Assembly (NCBI GenBank): GCA_000146045.2
Contig: BK006934.2
Location: forward strand, 416,001 to 480,000
Origin: TPA_inf: Saccharomyces
Lineage: Eukaryota
DNA: 64,000 bases
Direction of reading: 5' to 3'
Shown here: one piece after another, positions 11,601-24,376 of the stretch
Position numbering within the stretch: the first letter of the stretch is position 1
Layout of the letters: each line of letters starts with the position of its first letter
Notes under the pieces: model-generated
What the model was told of the DNA's origin: nothing
Seen by the model: only the letters and a program-made list of their open reading frames with translations
The model's database searches: none
Position numbers and translations under genes: made by a program

Positions 11601-13178
11601 TTGCAGAATTGAACGTCTTAAACAACCTACTGAACTTCCGACTGATGTTGCCGAAAATAATACATCAGGGTTTAGCACCAACAGGTTGTCGTTAGCCAGT
11701 TGAGTTTTAGGGTTTTTGTCGTCAGAAAGAAGCCGTTTGTTTTCAATATTTTTCCCTTCTATAATATGTATTACATCCCCAACCTCAAATTCCAAATATA
11801 CCCAAGGATGTCGAACGACAACAGAACTTTGTTCGCCTTTGCCGTCTATACACTCTAGTATTTTTTGCGTTCCAATTTTTGGCAATTCAACACTACGTAA
11901 GCTTACTATTACTAATCGTACTACGCCGTCTCTTGGAGCACCAGACTTAGCTCTGAGAGCATATGCGGATAAAGTGGAATCAGTAGCAATTCTCAAATCG
12001 TCAGAGACCATTTTCTCCACTTTGTCTAAATCTTGTTCAATAGTGTTAGGTTCCACTTGTGTTTGAGTTTCGTTCAATAGTTCAATTAGTGAATCGTCTG
12101 AAAATTCGTCTGAAGAATTGTATTCTATTTTTTCATTTTTTTTAATTCTTTGGCAATTACTGTCTTCTTCATTCTCATAAAATGCATTGCCTGTTTTGGC
12201 TTGATTGTCTACATTTTCATGATCTTCAATTTCTCCTCTCGATTTTGTGTTATCATTCTTCCCACAACTTTCCTGGGCTCCACTTTTTTGATTGGTGTTG
12301 CCTTGAATTGTTATCTGACTCTCACTCTTGCGTTTCTCAACATACTTTTGAGTTAAAATATCTATCAAAGAGTCATCGCCATCGTTGCTATCTCCTGTTG
12401 AATCCATTTTATCTACTTCTTCTGCATTCACCTCTGCTTTTTTTTCAACGTTGGGTGCCTTGATGGGTGAAGATGGCAAATCGCTGAATTTCGTTATCGT
12501 CGGTTTTATAGTTAAATCGCCCTCTATATCATCGAGAATATCATCTATATTACGGAGAGACTCCCTGGTAGATATTTCTGCTGGTTTAGGACGCACTTGC
12601 TCATTTCCATTTTCTTGAATGAGTTGATTTACGTCAGCGTTGGGTACTTGGATATTTGTGAAACTAAGAACAGTTTTCAGTCGATTAGGGACTATAGGTG
12701 TAGAAGAGGGATTTTGGACATCTTCGTAGTCATCAGAGTATTCGGCAGCGCTTGTTGTTTTGTCGGACATATCTCGTTGTAAAGGTGAATATTTCCATAT
12801 TACTTCTTCCATGGGGCCGTCCTCGTCTTGAGTGAAATCGTGATGCCTACTCAAATTAGACATTTCCCGTTTCGGTTTAACTTGTGAATTTGGTAATTGC
12901 TTTACGCTCTTGCTAACTGCTTTGTTTATATCTTTTGTTCTTGATGTATTTCGTACTTGTGAAACGGCTATTGACTTTAGGACACTTGCATTGGATACCT
13001 TGGTGTTCTTCCCATTTAAGTTATTTATAGGAGCAAAAGCATACTTTTTTTTCCTCTTAGTTTGCTTAGATAATATCGCCTTTGAATCATTTTGTATTAT
13101 TTCTTTTTCCTCTGTCTTCTTCGCAGGTGAAACAGATATACTCGCAGACCTCTTGTTCTTCTGTGGCGTTCCGGGCAT
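8610..13178 (-). CDS. DNA2: Dna2 nuclease/helicase. 1522 aa when started at the MPGTPQ Met. An in-frame ATG 13 codons upstream at 13217 would give 1535 aa.
   Basis: A large ORF with an SF1 helicase Walker A motif (GMPGTGKTT), a DEAS-like motif (VILDEASQ) and a PD-(D/E)XK nuclease region. Length and position match YHR164C. Confidence 0.9.
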   Translation of the reverse strand: MPGTPQKNKRSASISVSPAKKTEEKEIIQNDSKAILSKQTKRKKKYAFAPINNLNGKNTKVSNASVLKSIAVSQVRNTSRTKDINKAVSKSVKQLPNSQVKPKREMSNLSRHHDFTQDEDGPMEEVIWKYSPLQRDMSDKTTSAAEYSDDYEDVQNPSSTPIVPNRLKTVLSFTNIQVPNADVNQLIQENGNEQVRPKPAEISTRESLRNIDDILDDIEGDLTIKPTITKFSDLPSSPIKAPNVEKKAEVNAEEVDKMDSTGDSNDGDDSLIDILTQKYVEKRKSESQITIQGNTNQKSGAQESCGKNDNTKSRGEIEDHENVDNQAKTGNAFYENEEDSNCQRIKKNEKIEYNSSDEFSDDSLIELLNETQTQVEPNTIEQDLDKVEKMVSDDLRIATDSTLSAYALRAKSGAPRDGVVRLVIVSLRSVELPKIGTQKILECIDGKGEQSSVVVRHPWVYLEFEVGDVIHIIEGKNIENKRLLSDDKNPKTQLANDNLLVLNPDVLFSATSVGSSVGCLRRSILQMQFQDPRGEPSLVMTLGNIVHELLQDSIKYKLSHNKISMEIIIQKLDSLLETYSFSIIICNEEIQYVKELVMKEHAENILYFVNKFVSKSNYGCYTSISGTRRTQPISISNVIDIEENIWSPIYGLKGFLDATVEANVENNKKHIVPLEVKTGKSRSVSYEVQGLIYTLLLNDRYEIPIEFFLLYFTRDKNMTKFPSVLHSIKHILMSRNRMSMNFKHQLQEVFGQAQSRFELPPLLRDSSCDSCFIKESCMVLNKLLEDGTPEESGLVEGEFEILTNHLSQNLANYKEFFTKYNDLITKEESSITCVNKELFLLDGSTRESRSGRCLSGLVVSEVVEHEKTEGAYIYCFSRRRNDNNSQSMLSSQIAANDFVIISDEEGHFCLCQGRVQFINPAKIGISVKRKLLNNRLLDKEKGVTTIQSVVESELEQSSLIATQNLVTYRIDKNDIQQSLSLARFNLLSLFLPAVSPGVDIVDERSKLCRKTKRSDGGNEILRSLLVDNRAPKFRDANDDPVIPYKLSKDTTLNLNQKEAIDKVMRAEDYALILGMPGTGKTTVIAEIIKILVSEGKRVLLTSYTHSAVDNILIKLRNTNISIMRLGMKHKVHPDTQKYVPNYASVKSYNDYLSKINSTSVVATTCLGINDILFTLNEKDFDYVILDEASQISMPVALGPLRYGNRFIMVGDHYQLPPLVKNDAARLGGLEESLFKTFCEKHPESVAELTLQYRMCGDIVTLSNFLIYDNKLKCGNNEVFAQSLELPMPEALSRYRNESANSKQWLEDILEPTRKVVFLNYDNCPDIIEQSEKDNITNHGEAELTLQCVEGMLLSGVPCEDIGVMTLYRAQLRLLKKIFNKNVYDGLEILTADQFQGRDKKCIIISMVRRNSQLNGGALLKELRRVNVAMTRAKSKLIIIGSKSTIGSVPEIKSFVNLLEERNWVYTMCKDALYKYKFPDRSNAIDEARKGCGKRTGAKPITSKSKFVSDKPIIKEILQEYES

Positions 13179-13706
13179 CCTGACGATCTCTTCAATTGTC
13201 AGTGTTTGCTTGCACAAAATGAGTACTCACTTGAGTATGTTTTCTCCCAATTTTGTTTTGAGGCTGCCGTAATGATTGTAACTTTATCTTCAAAAATGTA
13301 ACACAAGTTTTGCCATAAATAGCGTAAGATCAGTTAAATATATATAAGTTCTTTCTGCCGCACGGAATTGCTTTATTGCGCGAAATGAAAACAAGAATAT
13401 CCAATTTCTATATGAAGGACATAATGGAATGGGAGTGACAACGGACCATTTTCTGTCCGAACGATGTCTATCTCCTTTGGTTACTTTTTGAAATAGAATC
13501 ACAGTCAATGACCAATTTTCACATACTTATAGCTTTTCATAGTGCGGAAAGCGTAGCTTTGAAGTAGTTCCGAAATTATAATACATCATCGTGTGGTAGG
13601 TAGCAACTACGACGGGCATAAAAAATGCGTTGAATATTATACATACAAACTTATACTTACATATATATCTATGAAATAACAGATTCCAGTTTATTGGGGA
13701 ATATAT

Positions 13707-16700
13707 TCAGCTAAATACATCGATTTGTTCGGCCTCTAACTCTTCGTCCCCCGCCAATTCGCTAAACTGTAAAAAGTGTACTGGACGATGCATCTCATTA
13801 TAGAATTCCAAAGGAATGCCGTATTTAAAATTGTAGTCACCTTCTTGGTTAAATGCTGTTCCCATAAATGTGTAGTTCCAAACGTTTCCAGATGGAATTA
13901 TAAAATTACCTGTGATACGGTCAGAGAGAAGTAATTGGGCATGCGTGCTGAAAGTAGGCTCAAACCCTTCCGATAGCACGTTCATTATATCCTTATTTTC
14001 TTCACCCCATTGGTAACCTTCGTCGGTCAGGTTATAAGCGCTTAATGATACTGATCCCGGGGTGGAAAAAATTGAAATATCAATGCAGTCTCTTTTCTTA
14101 TCCGCAAAAAGTTTAGAATGAGTTGCTACTTCAGACGCAGCCATGAATTTAAGTTCTTCTGTCTGGGTATGGATCCAACCGAGTAGTTCAAGGCCTTCAG
14201 TATCCGGAAGGTCTCCGATGTCAGGGATGTTGCTTATCTGAACGGATCCTACGTGGCCTAATTGAGGTACCAGCACAACAGTCTTGATTTCTTTCACCTT
14301 CGGATGATCTTTTGCTGACATACCATAAATAAAGGCCGCCACCTGGATTTTCACATCGGATATCTCAATAAACTTCTTTAATAAATTTTTTGGAAGGACG
14401 TAAACATTCTGTTCCTCCACGAAATCATCAGCCGAAACATAAATGTTTTTTAACCTCAAATATAATAGTGTATTAGCAATTGCAGATTTTCTCCATTCAT
14501 TCTTTGAACTAAACGTTTGACTTTCGTAATCAGCGGAAGCTACTACAACTATCTCCTCACCTTGCGCATTGATAGTTTTAGTTTTCATAACAGTTGATGC
14601 ACCTGCAGCTTCTTCGTCGTTCTGCTTTTCTGACCTGGCAGCTTCTAATTCAGCCATTTTTTGTCTCTTCACAGATGGTGCCTTGATATTTTGACCCAAT
14701 ATAATATCTTTAATTTCCGTTTGAGTTAAGGCAGATATATTGACATTGTATTTTCTGCCGTACTCAGTCAAAATCAAATCTCTCATTTGAGATTCGATAG
14801 TGATCCATTGTTCATCAGTGAATGAAGGCCATAAATGGTACGATTTGATAGTGATCGTGGGGTCACTGAGTAGAATCATTTTGGCACTTTCCTCGTTCGT
14901 CTTTAAAGCTCTTAAAAGTAGTGTAAGTCTAGAAAATGCAGTGTACGATGAAATACGGTCTAACCAATCATCATAAATGTTAAACAGAACCATCTGAGGT
15001 TCAGTAGCTTTCATCACAACATCAGAAAGTTTATCTATTGACATTGCAGCTGAAAATGGTAGTCGCAGCTCTGTTGGCCTGATTGCTATGTTAGGAAAGT
15101 CAAGCATGTGAACCTCTAAAGGATCAAGCATTGCCTTTCTTGTGACGATAATTTGTTTTGGCTGCTCTTCTTTGGGCAAAGATCTCACAAGAGCACTAAC
15201 TTCCTCAGCTGTTTTCCATTTGGCCAATTGGCTTAAACGTTTTTGACCGGCCCATACAGAGGTATGGATAATTTTCAGAAACAGATGCCCAGTCTTTGGA
15301 TTTAAAGTGAAAATGCAACCATTAATTGCTTTTGTAGCAACGTTCCCTTCAAAAGTCTTGTGGACAGTAACTCTATACACATTAGTGTCGTCAACGAAGA
15401 GTTTAATGTCGTTATTGAATAACTCGGCATAGTTTGAGGAGTTTAAAAATGGTTCCTGTACACTAGATTGATATATTTGAAGACCTTTTCTAATACGTTC
15501 ACGAAGGACATATAATGCTGGGTTAGCTTTCATAATTGTTCTCATACTATTTTGTATCAAAGGTTTTAATCCGTTGAACCAATTACCATAGGCATCATAC
15601 ATGTTATAAGCCAAATCGATACCGATCATAACACCTGTTGGGGAGGGATACATGCTGACATTATCTGTTGTATAATCGAGGAATTTTGCCCTCACATAAC
15701 GAGATATATCATGAGAATCATAATCACCGTATCTCAATTGTACATCAAACCACATTTTGTTGGTAATCAATCCCTTAAATGAGTCATTTGTTTCATGTAA
15801 TAGGGAGGGTTTTGAAACTTCCCATTCATGAACACTTTCCATAGTTATGTCAGCGGCAGATGAATTCATCTTGTACGATTTGCGGGGATGCACTGTTTCT
15901 TTAGTCACAGATTCAATTTGCAAAACATCTAGCTCACCATCGAGAATTTGACAAATATCAAAAACTATACTTTCATGTATTTTTTGCCACAAATGAGCAC
16001 GGAATATTTGAATTAAAGATATTTTTAACGTAGGAATTTTACCATGGAGGAAGATACCAGTCAGATCCAATTGCACCAAGAAACCGACATAGACATTTGC
16101 TCTGTTAATAGTTGGTGACCACCATAAGGTAAATCTACGATTTGGAATTTGGCTTAAACCAGTTCTTTGAGCATGAGTTAGCTTCTTAAATTGCATGGAA
16201 TCCTCAAACCCGGACGCCTTTTCCCAAAACAAACCTTCCCATGAATTAAAACCAGTCCCCTTAAATAAAGTGTGTTCCAAAATTGTTTCAATACCTCCTA
16301 GGGCTTGAATCACATCAGTTCTATAGGCATTTAAATTCCATAATTTACCGTCATGGTGGGAGTTTGTCCACCAAAAGGGGCTGTTTCTCTCTAGAGAGTA
16401 CTGTTTAAATTCCCTACGGATTCTGTGACCTCTGTCATACGCTAGAGTATGTCGATCTCTTTGAAATAAAGTGCTAATACGAGGTATACCACGATCCCAC
16501 GATCCTTCAAGTTCTTCAAAAGCTAACCTCCTATTCTGCTGAATAGCTTCCTGCCTTTTCGTTGCATACTCGGCCCACACCCTTTGAGAGTCTAAAAATT
16601 CATTTTCCCAAGTAGTGATGTAACGGAAGATAGTTGGGATTAATTTTTCATCCTCGTGCGTCATACCAGCACGAAAATGCGTAATTCCAGTATCGGTCTG

Positions 16701-19700
16701 TTTTGACCAACTTAAGTCAGATGCAGGAATTAAAATATGAGAAGCACTAATCATACCCAACCCACCAAGTTCTTTTGGTGTATAAAAAACAGCAGGTGGA
16801 AATCTTGTTGGCATTTTCGAATTTAAACCAAGTTTGACACGGTTTTGAATTCTTGTTTCTCCTTTCACCAGGATATCTAATAACGGCTCCGTGGCAACAA
16901 TGGCTTCTCTAAAGTATGTGAAAAGGGATATCAGTGAAGTGTTCCATTTAGCGGCCACTTTAGTAAAAGTGGTTGAACCGGAGGCCATCAATATGCCTCT
17001 TATTCTGCTGTCAAATTTTTTGATTTCTTCTTCAGATACCTTTAAATATGCTTTTGCAGTTCTTTGCTTGGTTCTTTCGTCAACTAAATCCCAAACACCT
17101 TCATCGTTAGAAACCACCTCTTCCATTCTTTGTCTTGGTAATATTCTGACTTCAAAACCACACATAGAGAAGAGTAAGTTCGGATTGTTTTTACTGTATA
17201 CGGAAACAAAAGCATTTTCCCATTTAATTGACGTTAACGAAGTTGGCACCCTACTTTGAATTTCCCAAAACACTGCTCGCCCTAGGTTAACGTCCTGACG
17301 TATTAGCCTCATGCGCGAATCTTTGGGCCAGCATTTTCTATTATTGTATCCGATGCTGTTTTCAAAGTTTGGATCTGGATTCTCTGCCAAGTATTCATCA
17401 GTCAATTCCTCTCCCTCATCTTCTTCAAAGTGAAAAAGCATATATATACGATCTAAATATCTGGTGTAAAGTCTGATCGGATGTGCCTTTTCTACTTCTT
17501 TGCTCTTGAATTGCATAAATTCATTTGGATTGTTAGCTGGACCAGCCAAATCTGTAGCCCTTTCCTGACCCAATAGTAAAAGATCTATAACTAGTCCGTA
17601 ATATTGGAATATGAAAGAAGCGAACTTCAACCCGCGTATTAAGCCATATTTGTTGACGTGACTCATATCTTTAAAGTTGATAACAACATTATTTTTTGCA
17701 GTGATATAGTCAGCAATATTAGGATCTACAATCAGGCGAAGTAATCTATTAAGTAAAGTAAAGTCAATTTTTTCGGCCATTTCACCCAAAGTAGTCTCAA
17801 GCAAAACTGCAGATTGGCCTCTGGATACATCCCAAATTTCAGATAGGTTGTTTATACCCTGAGTCCACTTGTATACCAGAAGAGGTGGTATCTCTGAATC
17901 ACTTGGTTTAATCCAGTTTGGGAAAAGCTTTCGTTGGTCAGCTTCGTACCATAAATACTGATCAAGATATGCATCGGTAATCTTTTCCAAGGGATCAACT
18001 GAATAAACAGGGGAAATGTTTTGATAGTTTTCCATCATGGTTATATCAACAGGCTTAAAAACTCGCTGGGTCAACAAGTACTTTTTGATTCTGTTCAAAG
18101 TATCGTGAGGATTATCATAAGCCTCCTCTATCAACGCAAGTTCTTCCCTTTCAGATGCATTTAAACGTACTTTTGATGCGTAGACATCTTTTAGGTCTTC
18201 GAGGGCAAGAACTAATATCTTAGTATCATTTTTGTAAGTTAAAGGTGGAAATGGTATTGGTGAAAAGCTCCTTGATTCAAGCCACTCAACCATAACAGAA
18301 AATATGGTCGTAGCCTCTTCGGGAGTAATTTCGGGACCGTTTTTCTGTATTTGCCTTTGACGTTCCTGCTCATTTTTGATCCAAAGTCTCGTTAAACGCC
18401 CCAGATTTTTTTTAACCATAGTCTTTTCGACGTGAGCTCCACGCTTTATACGTTCTCGATTGTAATGAGCTGCAGATACCCAGGCATCAGCTTTGGATTT
18501 TATATACCGTTCAATTATTTTTTTGATTGGGGCTGGCATACCAGGAACATCCCATGGAATATTAGCCTTCCAACATCTCCAAGCCTCACTTAAATGTTGC
18601 AGTATAGTTCTTGCCTTTTTCTGTCGAATACTCTCAGGCATCATTTCTAAAATGTCATCCATGACCGAGTTTCGTAACTCAAGATCGTAGTAGGCGTCAA
18701 GTCTTTGTTTAGTTGTAGTTTTGACAATTTCATTAGAACGGCCTTCAAATTGACGTGTGATAAGGTTTCCAATATATCTTTCGAGTAGTGGTATAGTGCC
18801 TCTTAAGAAATTTAGCCACACTCTCCACGCAGGTTGCCAAAATCCACAACCAGGTCCTTTTCCCAAATTTTTATTAAACTTATAATATATGATATGTTTC
18901 AGATCTTTACATGCGCGGATTTGATGCATTACTTTATATTTATAACGATAAATACCGGTCAATTGTCCTATGTGGTTCAAAATATAATGTATACCATCTG
19001 CTAACTGGAAGGCATCTACATTTCCTAACCTAAACTGCACATGTGTATCTACAATCAGTTTCATCATTTTTAGCAATTCACGCATCAAATGAAATGAGTT
19101 TCCAAGTCTTGACTTTTTACGTTCTTTTGTGGTTAAGGTTTTAGTTGGTTTTAAATTGAAATTGTAGTCGAGATGTAAATAAGTTAGGCCCTTTCTGTGG
19201 ATTAATAAATTTAACATATTGTGTCCTTGTCGACATAGCTGGAGTCCTGCCTCTACCCAATCAATTGTAGTTTGTTGAAAATACTTGGTATTTTTTAAAC
19301 TCTTCAATAACTTAGTTTTGTTGTGGTTTGTTGGCAAAGTAGGGTGCAATTCATTTAGCACGTAGTTCTTCAAGAGCTTTTGGTAAGAGACCTTAACTTT
19401 AACGGGATACTCCTCGTCAGGATGTTGCAAAAACCATTTTTTAGCCAGGGCAACATCTTGTGCTCTCACCATTTTTCCTTTAGTTCTATTAAATGGAAAA
19501 GGTGAATGATATAACGACATCGCATCTTTTGTATTTGGCAAAATAAGTTCTTCTTCTTCAGCCAAAAGAGGTGCAAAATCTTCAGGTAAAGTGAAATCAC
19601 CGTTTTCCTTTGTATTTGATACGTTGAGGGATGAATTATTATCAATAAAGTGAGGTATTGGGTTCAGCGATGGATCAAAAAAAAGTGCAGGCGTGTCGTA

Positions 19701-20948
19701 CTCCTCATCGTTCTGGATAATACACGACACTGGATTATTATACCATGGTATGCGCACTGAACGGGGCCGGGAATTATATAGATGAGGAAACGCTACCTTA
19801 TATTCGCTTCTAATAGGAACCCTAAATATTACTCTATCTATAGAGTTGAATTCGTTATAATCTTCCTCCTCTTCTCTTGGGTATAAAGGTTCAAATTTAG
19901 GACCTCCAGGGATTGCGTTATTAAGGGCTTTACCGTTAAAAAAAGATTTTTTATCGAAAAGATAATAGTAATTTTTGTCAGTTACTTCATCTCTAAGTGG
20001 CGTTGATAACCTATATAAGTTCGACATTTCAGGTAAATCAAAACTCCACTTTTTATAAGATGTACCATTGACCTTTTTACTATCCTCCTCCAAGGGCCGG
20101 GAATCGTAGAGCCAATCTTTAACATATTCATCATCTTGAGAGTCTAAGGGAAGATTTATAGGATCCAGTGGCTCGATATTTTCTATGTGCTGTTCATATG
20201 ACAGAGGTGGTTCGTCATCATCGAAAGGTGGAAATCTCATTCTTTTAAAATGTGTTCTATCTCGTTTTTCTCTCCTCATTGCTATCCAAGTAGCTGACCA
20301 TTGGGCAGTATATACAGGCTCTATTACTCTTGGTGTTTCATTCACAAATGTTATGGCTCCTGAAGTGTGATATAAAACTTTAACTTCTTTGGCTTGCTCC
20401 CATGGATGAGGCATGTTCTCTAACAATTTTAAAATCGCGTGCGGTAAATACTTTAGAGCGCCTAGAAAAGCCTTTTTATCAGTATTGTACATTTTGGAGG
20501 CCATGTCACTGTGAGTATTAATAATCTTTCGCAGATGTTCCGGTGGCATCTCGGCTTTAGGAGTATATAAATTGCTTCTCTTTGCCTTTTTGGTCATTTT
20601 TTTTGCACGCTTTCTTGATTTTCGAGTGACGAAAGTATCTTTTCCTATGTCCAATTTTCTCTTTCCATGTAATTCTACTTTCTTTTCTGCTTTAGTCTCT
20701 AATTCATCTAGACCTGGAGGGGGTGGTGGCGGTGGTAATGTGAAGTCCACAATTTCTTCAGCGTTTATTTCGAAGTTGCTTGGAGGAGGTGGTGGAGGCG
20801 GAAGGAATGTATCCTCATTTACCGATGATGGCACCATCGGATTATCCAGTTCTTCGATTTCGTATCCAGGCGGTGGTGGTGGTGGTGGTGGAAGTGCTAA
20901 GTCGCTGTCCTCTTCAAAACCAGGAGGTGGGGGCGGTAGTCCACTCAT
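13707..20948 (-). CDS. PRP8: U5 snRNP spliceosomal core protein Prp8. 2413 aa.
   Basis: A 2413-aa ORF with a proline-rich N-terminus (runs of PPPPPPPPG). The rest is the highly conserved Prp8 body, including an RT-like domain, an RNase H-like domain and a Jab1/MPN domain near the C-terminus. The length matches exactly. Confidence 0.95.
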
Positions 20949-21169
20949 CTTTCTTTGACGCTATTTTTTTTTTGGAAGGAAGTTCAATCGCACAAGTATT
21001 TTCTATGGTCTTCGTTTCTCAAATTGTATTCCTAACTTTGTTGCTTTTGTACTAGCCGTATTACCTCGGTTCATCCTTCTGCCATGGTCACTTTAAATAG
21101 CTATATAGCCTGGCATTTATAAAAATTTCATATCATTTAGTACGAATAGCTATGTGTATGTTCACTTCA

Positions 21170-23050
21170 CTACATATGCCTTCTGCACTCCCGAGCCAGC
21201 ATACGAGCCTCTTCAATCTCTTGAGACGTTCCACTAGATACCCCCATGGCATAATCATAAGCCAATTGGTAGTTTCCTGCCTTAATCTCAAATATTGCCA
21301 GCCAAAGCCTAGCCTTCACGGTTTCATCTGTTACTATACCTTCCAGAAGTTCTTCCACATCTACACATTTCATCATGAACTTCTTACATTCTTGCAAGTC
21401 TTCAAGTTCTTCATATAGTTGCGCTAACCGGTAATATATTGAAGTATTTTGATCGACCGTTTGTGAAGCTTTTATGGATCTTTTGTAGCATTTTATAGCT
21501 TCTACCTTATTTCCCGTCTTACTATAACATTCTCCCAATACTTGCCAAATCCGACGATCCCAAGGTTTCAAAGTGCAAGCTTTCTGGAAGTAGTAAAGAG
21601 AATATAAATGCATGTCCAGGAGAGCATAAGCCTGGCCCAAACCAAACCATGCTTTGAAGTCTCGAGGGCATATATCTACGGCCCGACGATAGCATTCTAT
21701 TGCGGCATGTGAATTGCTTAGTTCAACAAATTCGTGACCCATCAAAGTCCATGCGTTTGTTGTTTTTTTATCCAAAGTTAGTGCTCGACGGAAATACATG
21801 ATAGATTTTTCATGTTCCTGTCGGGCACTGTAATAGTTCGCTATGATACAACATGTTTCCGGTCTAAATCTATCTATTTGGGAGACGAATTGCGCCAAAT
21901 AGGCTAATTTTGAATTCTTCTGCATGACGTATAGAATATTGGAGTAGGTTTCCAAATCGTTGAGACGGTACGGATCTTGTTTAACGATGTCATCAAATCG
22001 GCTTTCTGCGGTAACATAATCCAAATTGTTGTAACTAATAGTAGCATTGTAAGCCTTTAAAAAAGTGAAATTGGGGAAAACTTGTAACAAAAACTCTAAA
22101 TCTTCAAAGTAGTCCTCTAACTGGCCATTAAGCTCCTCAAACACTTTTAGCTTGAAAAATTTGATCATTATATTAAATTCTATCGTTCGTTGACTACCAA
22201 GATTTTCAGAAAATTTGAATTGGAAATTTTGATATAGATAATTATTTAAAAGCAATGCATCGTCAACCTTTTGTAAACAGTCCATTAACTCCAGCCAGCA
22301 GGACCAGTTAAAGGAGTAGCAACTCAGAGATTTCAAGAATGACGACATTGCCTTAGAAATATTCTTCTCTTGCTTTAAGATGACCCCTCGTAAATAATAC
22401 AACAGTGCTAACCCTAAATCGGCCTCATCATCGTCTATCTTTATTTCATAAGACTCCAGAAATGTGTTAATTTCCTTCAAAATAGATGATATGTTCGATT
22501 GTGACTCATGCTCATTGCTGACCATTTTTAAATTGGCGCGTTGGTGCCCACTTTGATTTATATCCTCATTCCCACTACCATCCCCATCTTTGTTAGCTCT
22601 GTACATTTCGTCCGTAAACTTCCCTGTAGTTAAGATATTTTCCATACTTTCCTGGCTTTTCTTATCCCACGATAGAAATTTACTGTATAATTTTAAGAAC
22701 TTAAGGTATGGATTAGTGACATCTTTTAGAAAAAAAACGCATCGATCAAACTCTTTAGCATCAAACAACGTAGAACCAAGGAGGTACAGGTCATACTCAG
22801 TCTCTGATAGGCCAAACCCGTTTTGTGGTATTTCAAACATCTGTTTCGGTACACCTTGTTTATTTCTTAGTGGCGATTCATCGGCTAAAGAGTGTGTTTG
22901 ATCAACATCAATAGCTTCTGCAAGACCTGCTAGCGCCTCTGCTGCCCACTTTGAGGAGCCGTATAGCTTCCATCGTGATAATTCTGTGGCAGCCTTTCGT
23001 AGCTGAATACGTATATCATGTATTATTTTATCCTGGCTGTCGTCATTCAT
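21170..23050 (-). CDS. CDC23: APC/C subunit Cdc23. 626 aa. TPR repeats.
   Basis: A 626-aa ORF with TPR repeats in the C-terminal half (AWTLMGHEF, AWFGLGQAYALL and others). Length and synteny match YHR166C. Confidence 0.85.
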   Translation of the reverse strand: MNDDSQDKIIHDIRIQLRKAATELSRWKLYGSSKWAAEALAGLAEAIDVDQTHSLADESPLRNKQGVPKQMFEIPQNGFGLSETEYDLYLLGSTLFDAKEFDRCVFFLKDVTNPYLKFLKLYSKFLSWDKKSQESMENILTTGKFTDEMYRANKDGDGSGNEDINQSGHQRANLKMVSNEHESQSNISSILKEINTFLESYEIKIDDDEADLGLALLYYLRGVILKQEKNISKAMSSFLKSLSCYSFNWSCWLELMDCLQKVDDALLLNNYLYQNFQFKFSENLGSQRTIEFNIMIKFFKLKVFEELNGQLEDYFEDLEFLLQVFPNFTFLKAYNATISYNNLDYVTAESRFDDIVKQDPYRLNDLETYSNILYVMQKNSKLAYLAQFVSQIDRFRPETCCIIANYYSARQEHEKSIMYFRRALTLDKKTTNAWTLMGHEFVELSNSHAAIECYRRAVDICPRDFKAWFGLGQAYALLDMHLYSLYYFQKACTLKPWDRRIWQVLGECYSKTGNKVEAIKCYKRSIKASQTVDQNTSIYYRLAQLYEELEDLQECKKFMMKCVDVEELLEGIVTDETVKARLWLAIFEIKAGNYQLAYDYAMGVSSGTSQEIEEARMLARECRRHM

Positions 23051-23341
23051 GGTTCTAAATGCTTCACAATCTGATTCTGATCAGTATATATCCAGATTTC
23101 AGTTTTCCGCTCGCTAATACTCCCTTCTTCCTCTTAATTTGATGTGAGTACCGCAGTACTTGGTCTGCTATTATGAAGTGTTTGTTTTACCCGAAGTGCT
23201 TTTTATGTACGCGCATTGAAAAATAATAGAAACTTGGTAAGTAGAATACTTAAGAAGCTGCAGAAGTGCAGTATCTTACAGTAAGAAACAACAGCGACTA
23301 GTTTATCAGGTTTACACTGCTCAAGTTATCAAGTTCATAGC

Positions 23342-24127
23342 ATGACAAAGGAAGAAGGTCGTACGTATTTTGAATCTCTCTGCGAGGAGGAACAAAGTTT
23401 GCAGGAAAGCCAAACCCACTTATTAAATATTTTAGATATATTATCAGTATTGGCAGACCCTAGATCATCTGATGATCTGCTTACTGAATCCCTCAAGAAG
23501 TTGCCTGATTTACACAGGGAGCTGATAAATAGTTCCATCCGCCTGCGATACGATAAATATCAAACAAGAGAAGCACAGCTTTTGGAGGATACAAAAACTG
23601 GAAGGGACGTTGCAGCGGGAGTACAGAATCCTAAGAGTATTAGCGAGTACTATTCTACTTTCGAACATTTGAATAGGGATACTTTAAGGTACATAAATTT
23701 ACTGAAGCGACTTTCTGTTGATTTAGCAAAGCAGGTGGAAGTGTCTGATCCATCAGTGACAGTGTATGAAATGGATAAATGGGTTCCATCTGAGAAACTT
23801 CAGGGTATTCTCGAGCAGTACTGTGCGCCTGATACTGATATACGTGGTGTAGACGCTCAAATCAAGAACTATCTAGATCAGATCAAAATGGCACGTGCCA
23901 AATTTGGTTTAGAGAATAAGTATTCCTTAAAGGAAAGACTCTCTACTTTGACAAAGGAACTAAACCATTGGCGAAAAGAATGGGACGATATAGAAATGCT
24001 TATGTTCGGTGATGATGCACATTCTATGAAAAAAATGATCCAGAAGATAGATTCATTAAAGTCTGAAATAAATGCTCCATCGGAAAGCTATCCTGTAGAT
24101 AAAGAAGGTGACATAGTTTTAGAATAA
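23342..24127 (+). CDS. THP2: THO complex subunit Thp2. 261 aa.
   Basis: A 261-aa coiled-coil ORF, divergent from CDC23. Length and synteny match YHR167W. Confidence 0.75.
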   Translation: MTKEEGRTYFESLCEEEQSLQESQTHLLNILDILSVLADPRSSDDLLTESLKKLPDLHRELINSSIRLRYDKYQTREAQLLEDTKTGRDVAAGVQNPKSISEYYSTFEHLNRDTLRYINLLKRLSVDLAKQVEVSDPSVTVYEMDKWVPSEKLQGILEQYCAPDTDIRGVDAQIKNYLDQIKMARAKFGLENKYSLKERLSTLTKELNHWRKEWDDIEMLMFGDDAHSMKKMIQKIDSLKSEINAPSESYPVDKEGDIVLE

Positions 24128-24376
24128 GCACATTTTATTTAACCAGCCTGCACAAGTTAGATAGAGTTATACATACTTGTTGAGTGGGAGGGAAGAAAGA
24201 GAAAAATTGTATTATTTTTTAAAGAGCTTTTTAATATTTTATTTGTTCTATCTATTATTTTCACTTCCCCGAAATAGTACTGAAGGAAAAAACATGCTGG
24301 TTTATTTAGCGTTTAATAGGATGTGTACGTACTGAGAATATCATCAAGAATCAGTCCTCGGCCAGAGCATCTAGAT

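Noticed and set aside
20572-20958. A 128-aa plus-strand glycine-rich ORF (GGGGGGG runs)
   Set aside because: It is the antisense of the poly-proline-coding N-terminus of PRP8 and is not an independent gene.
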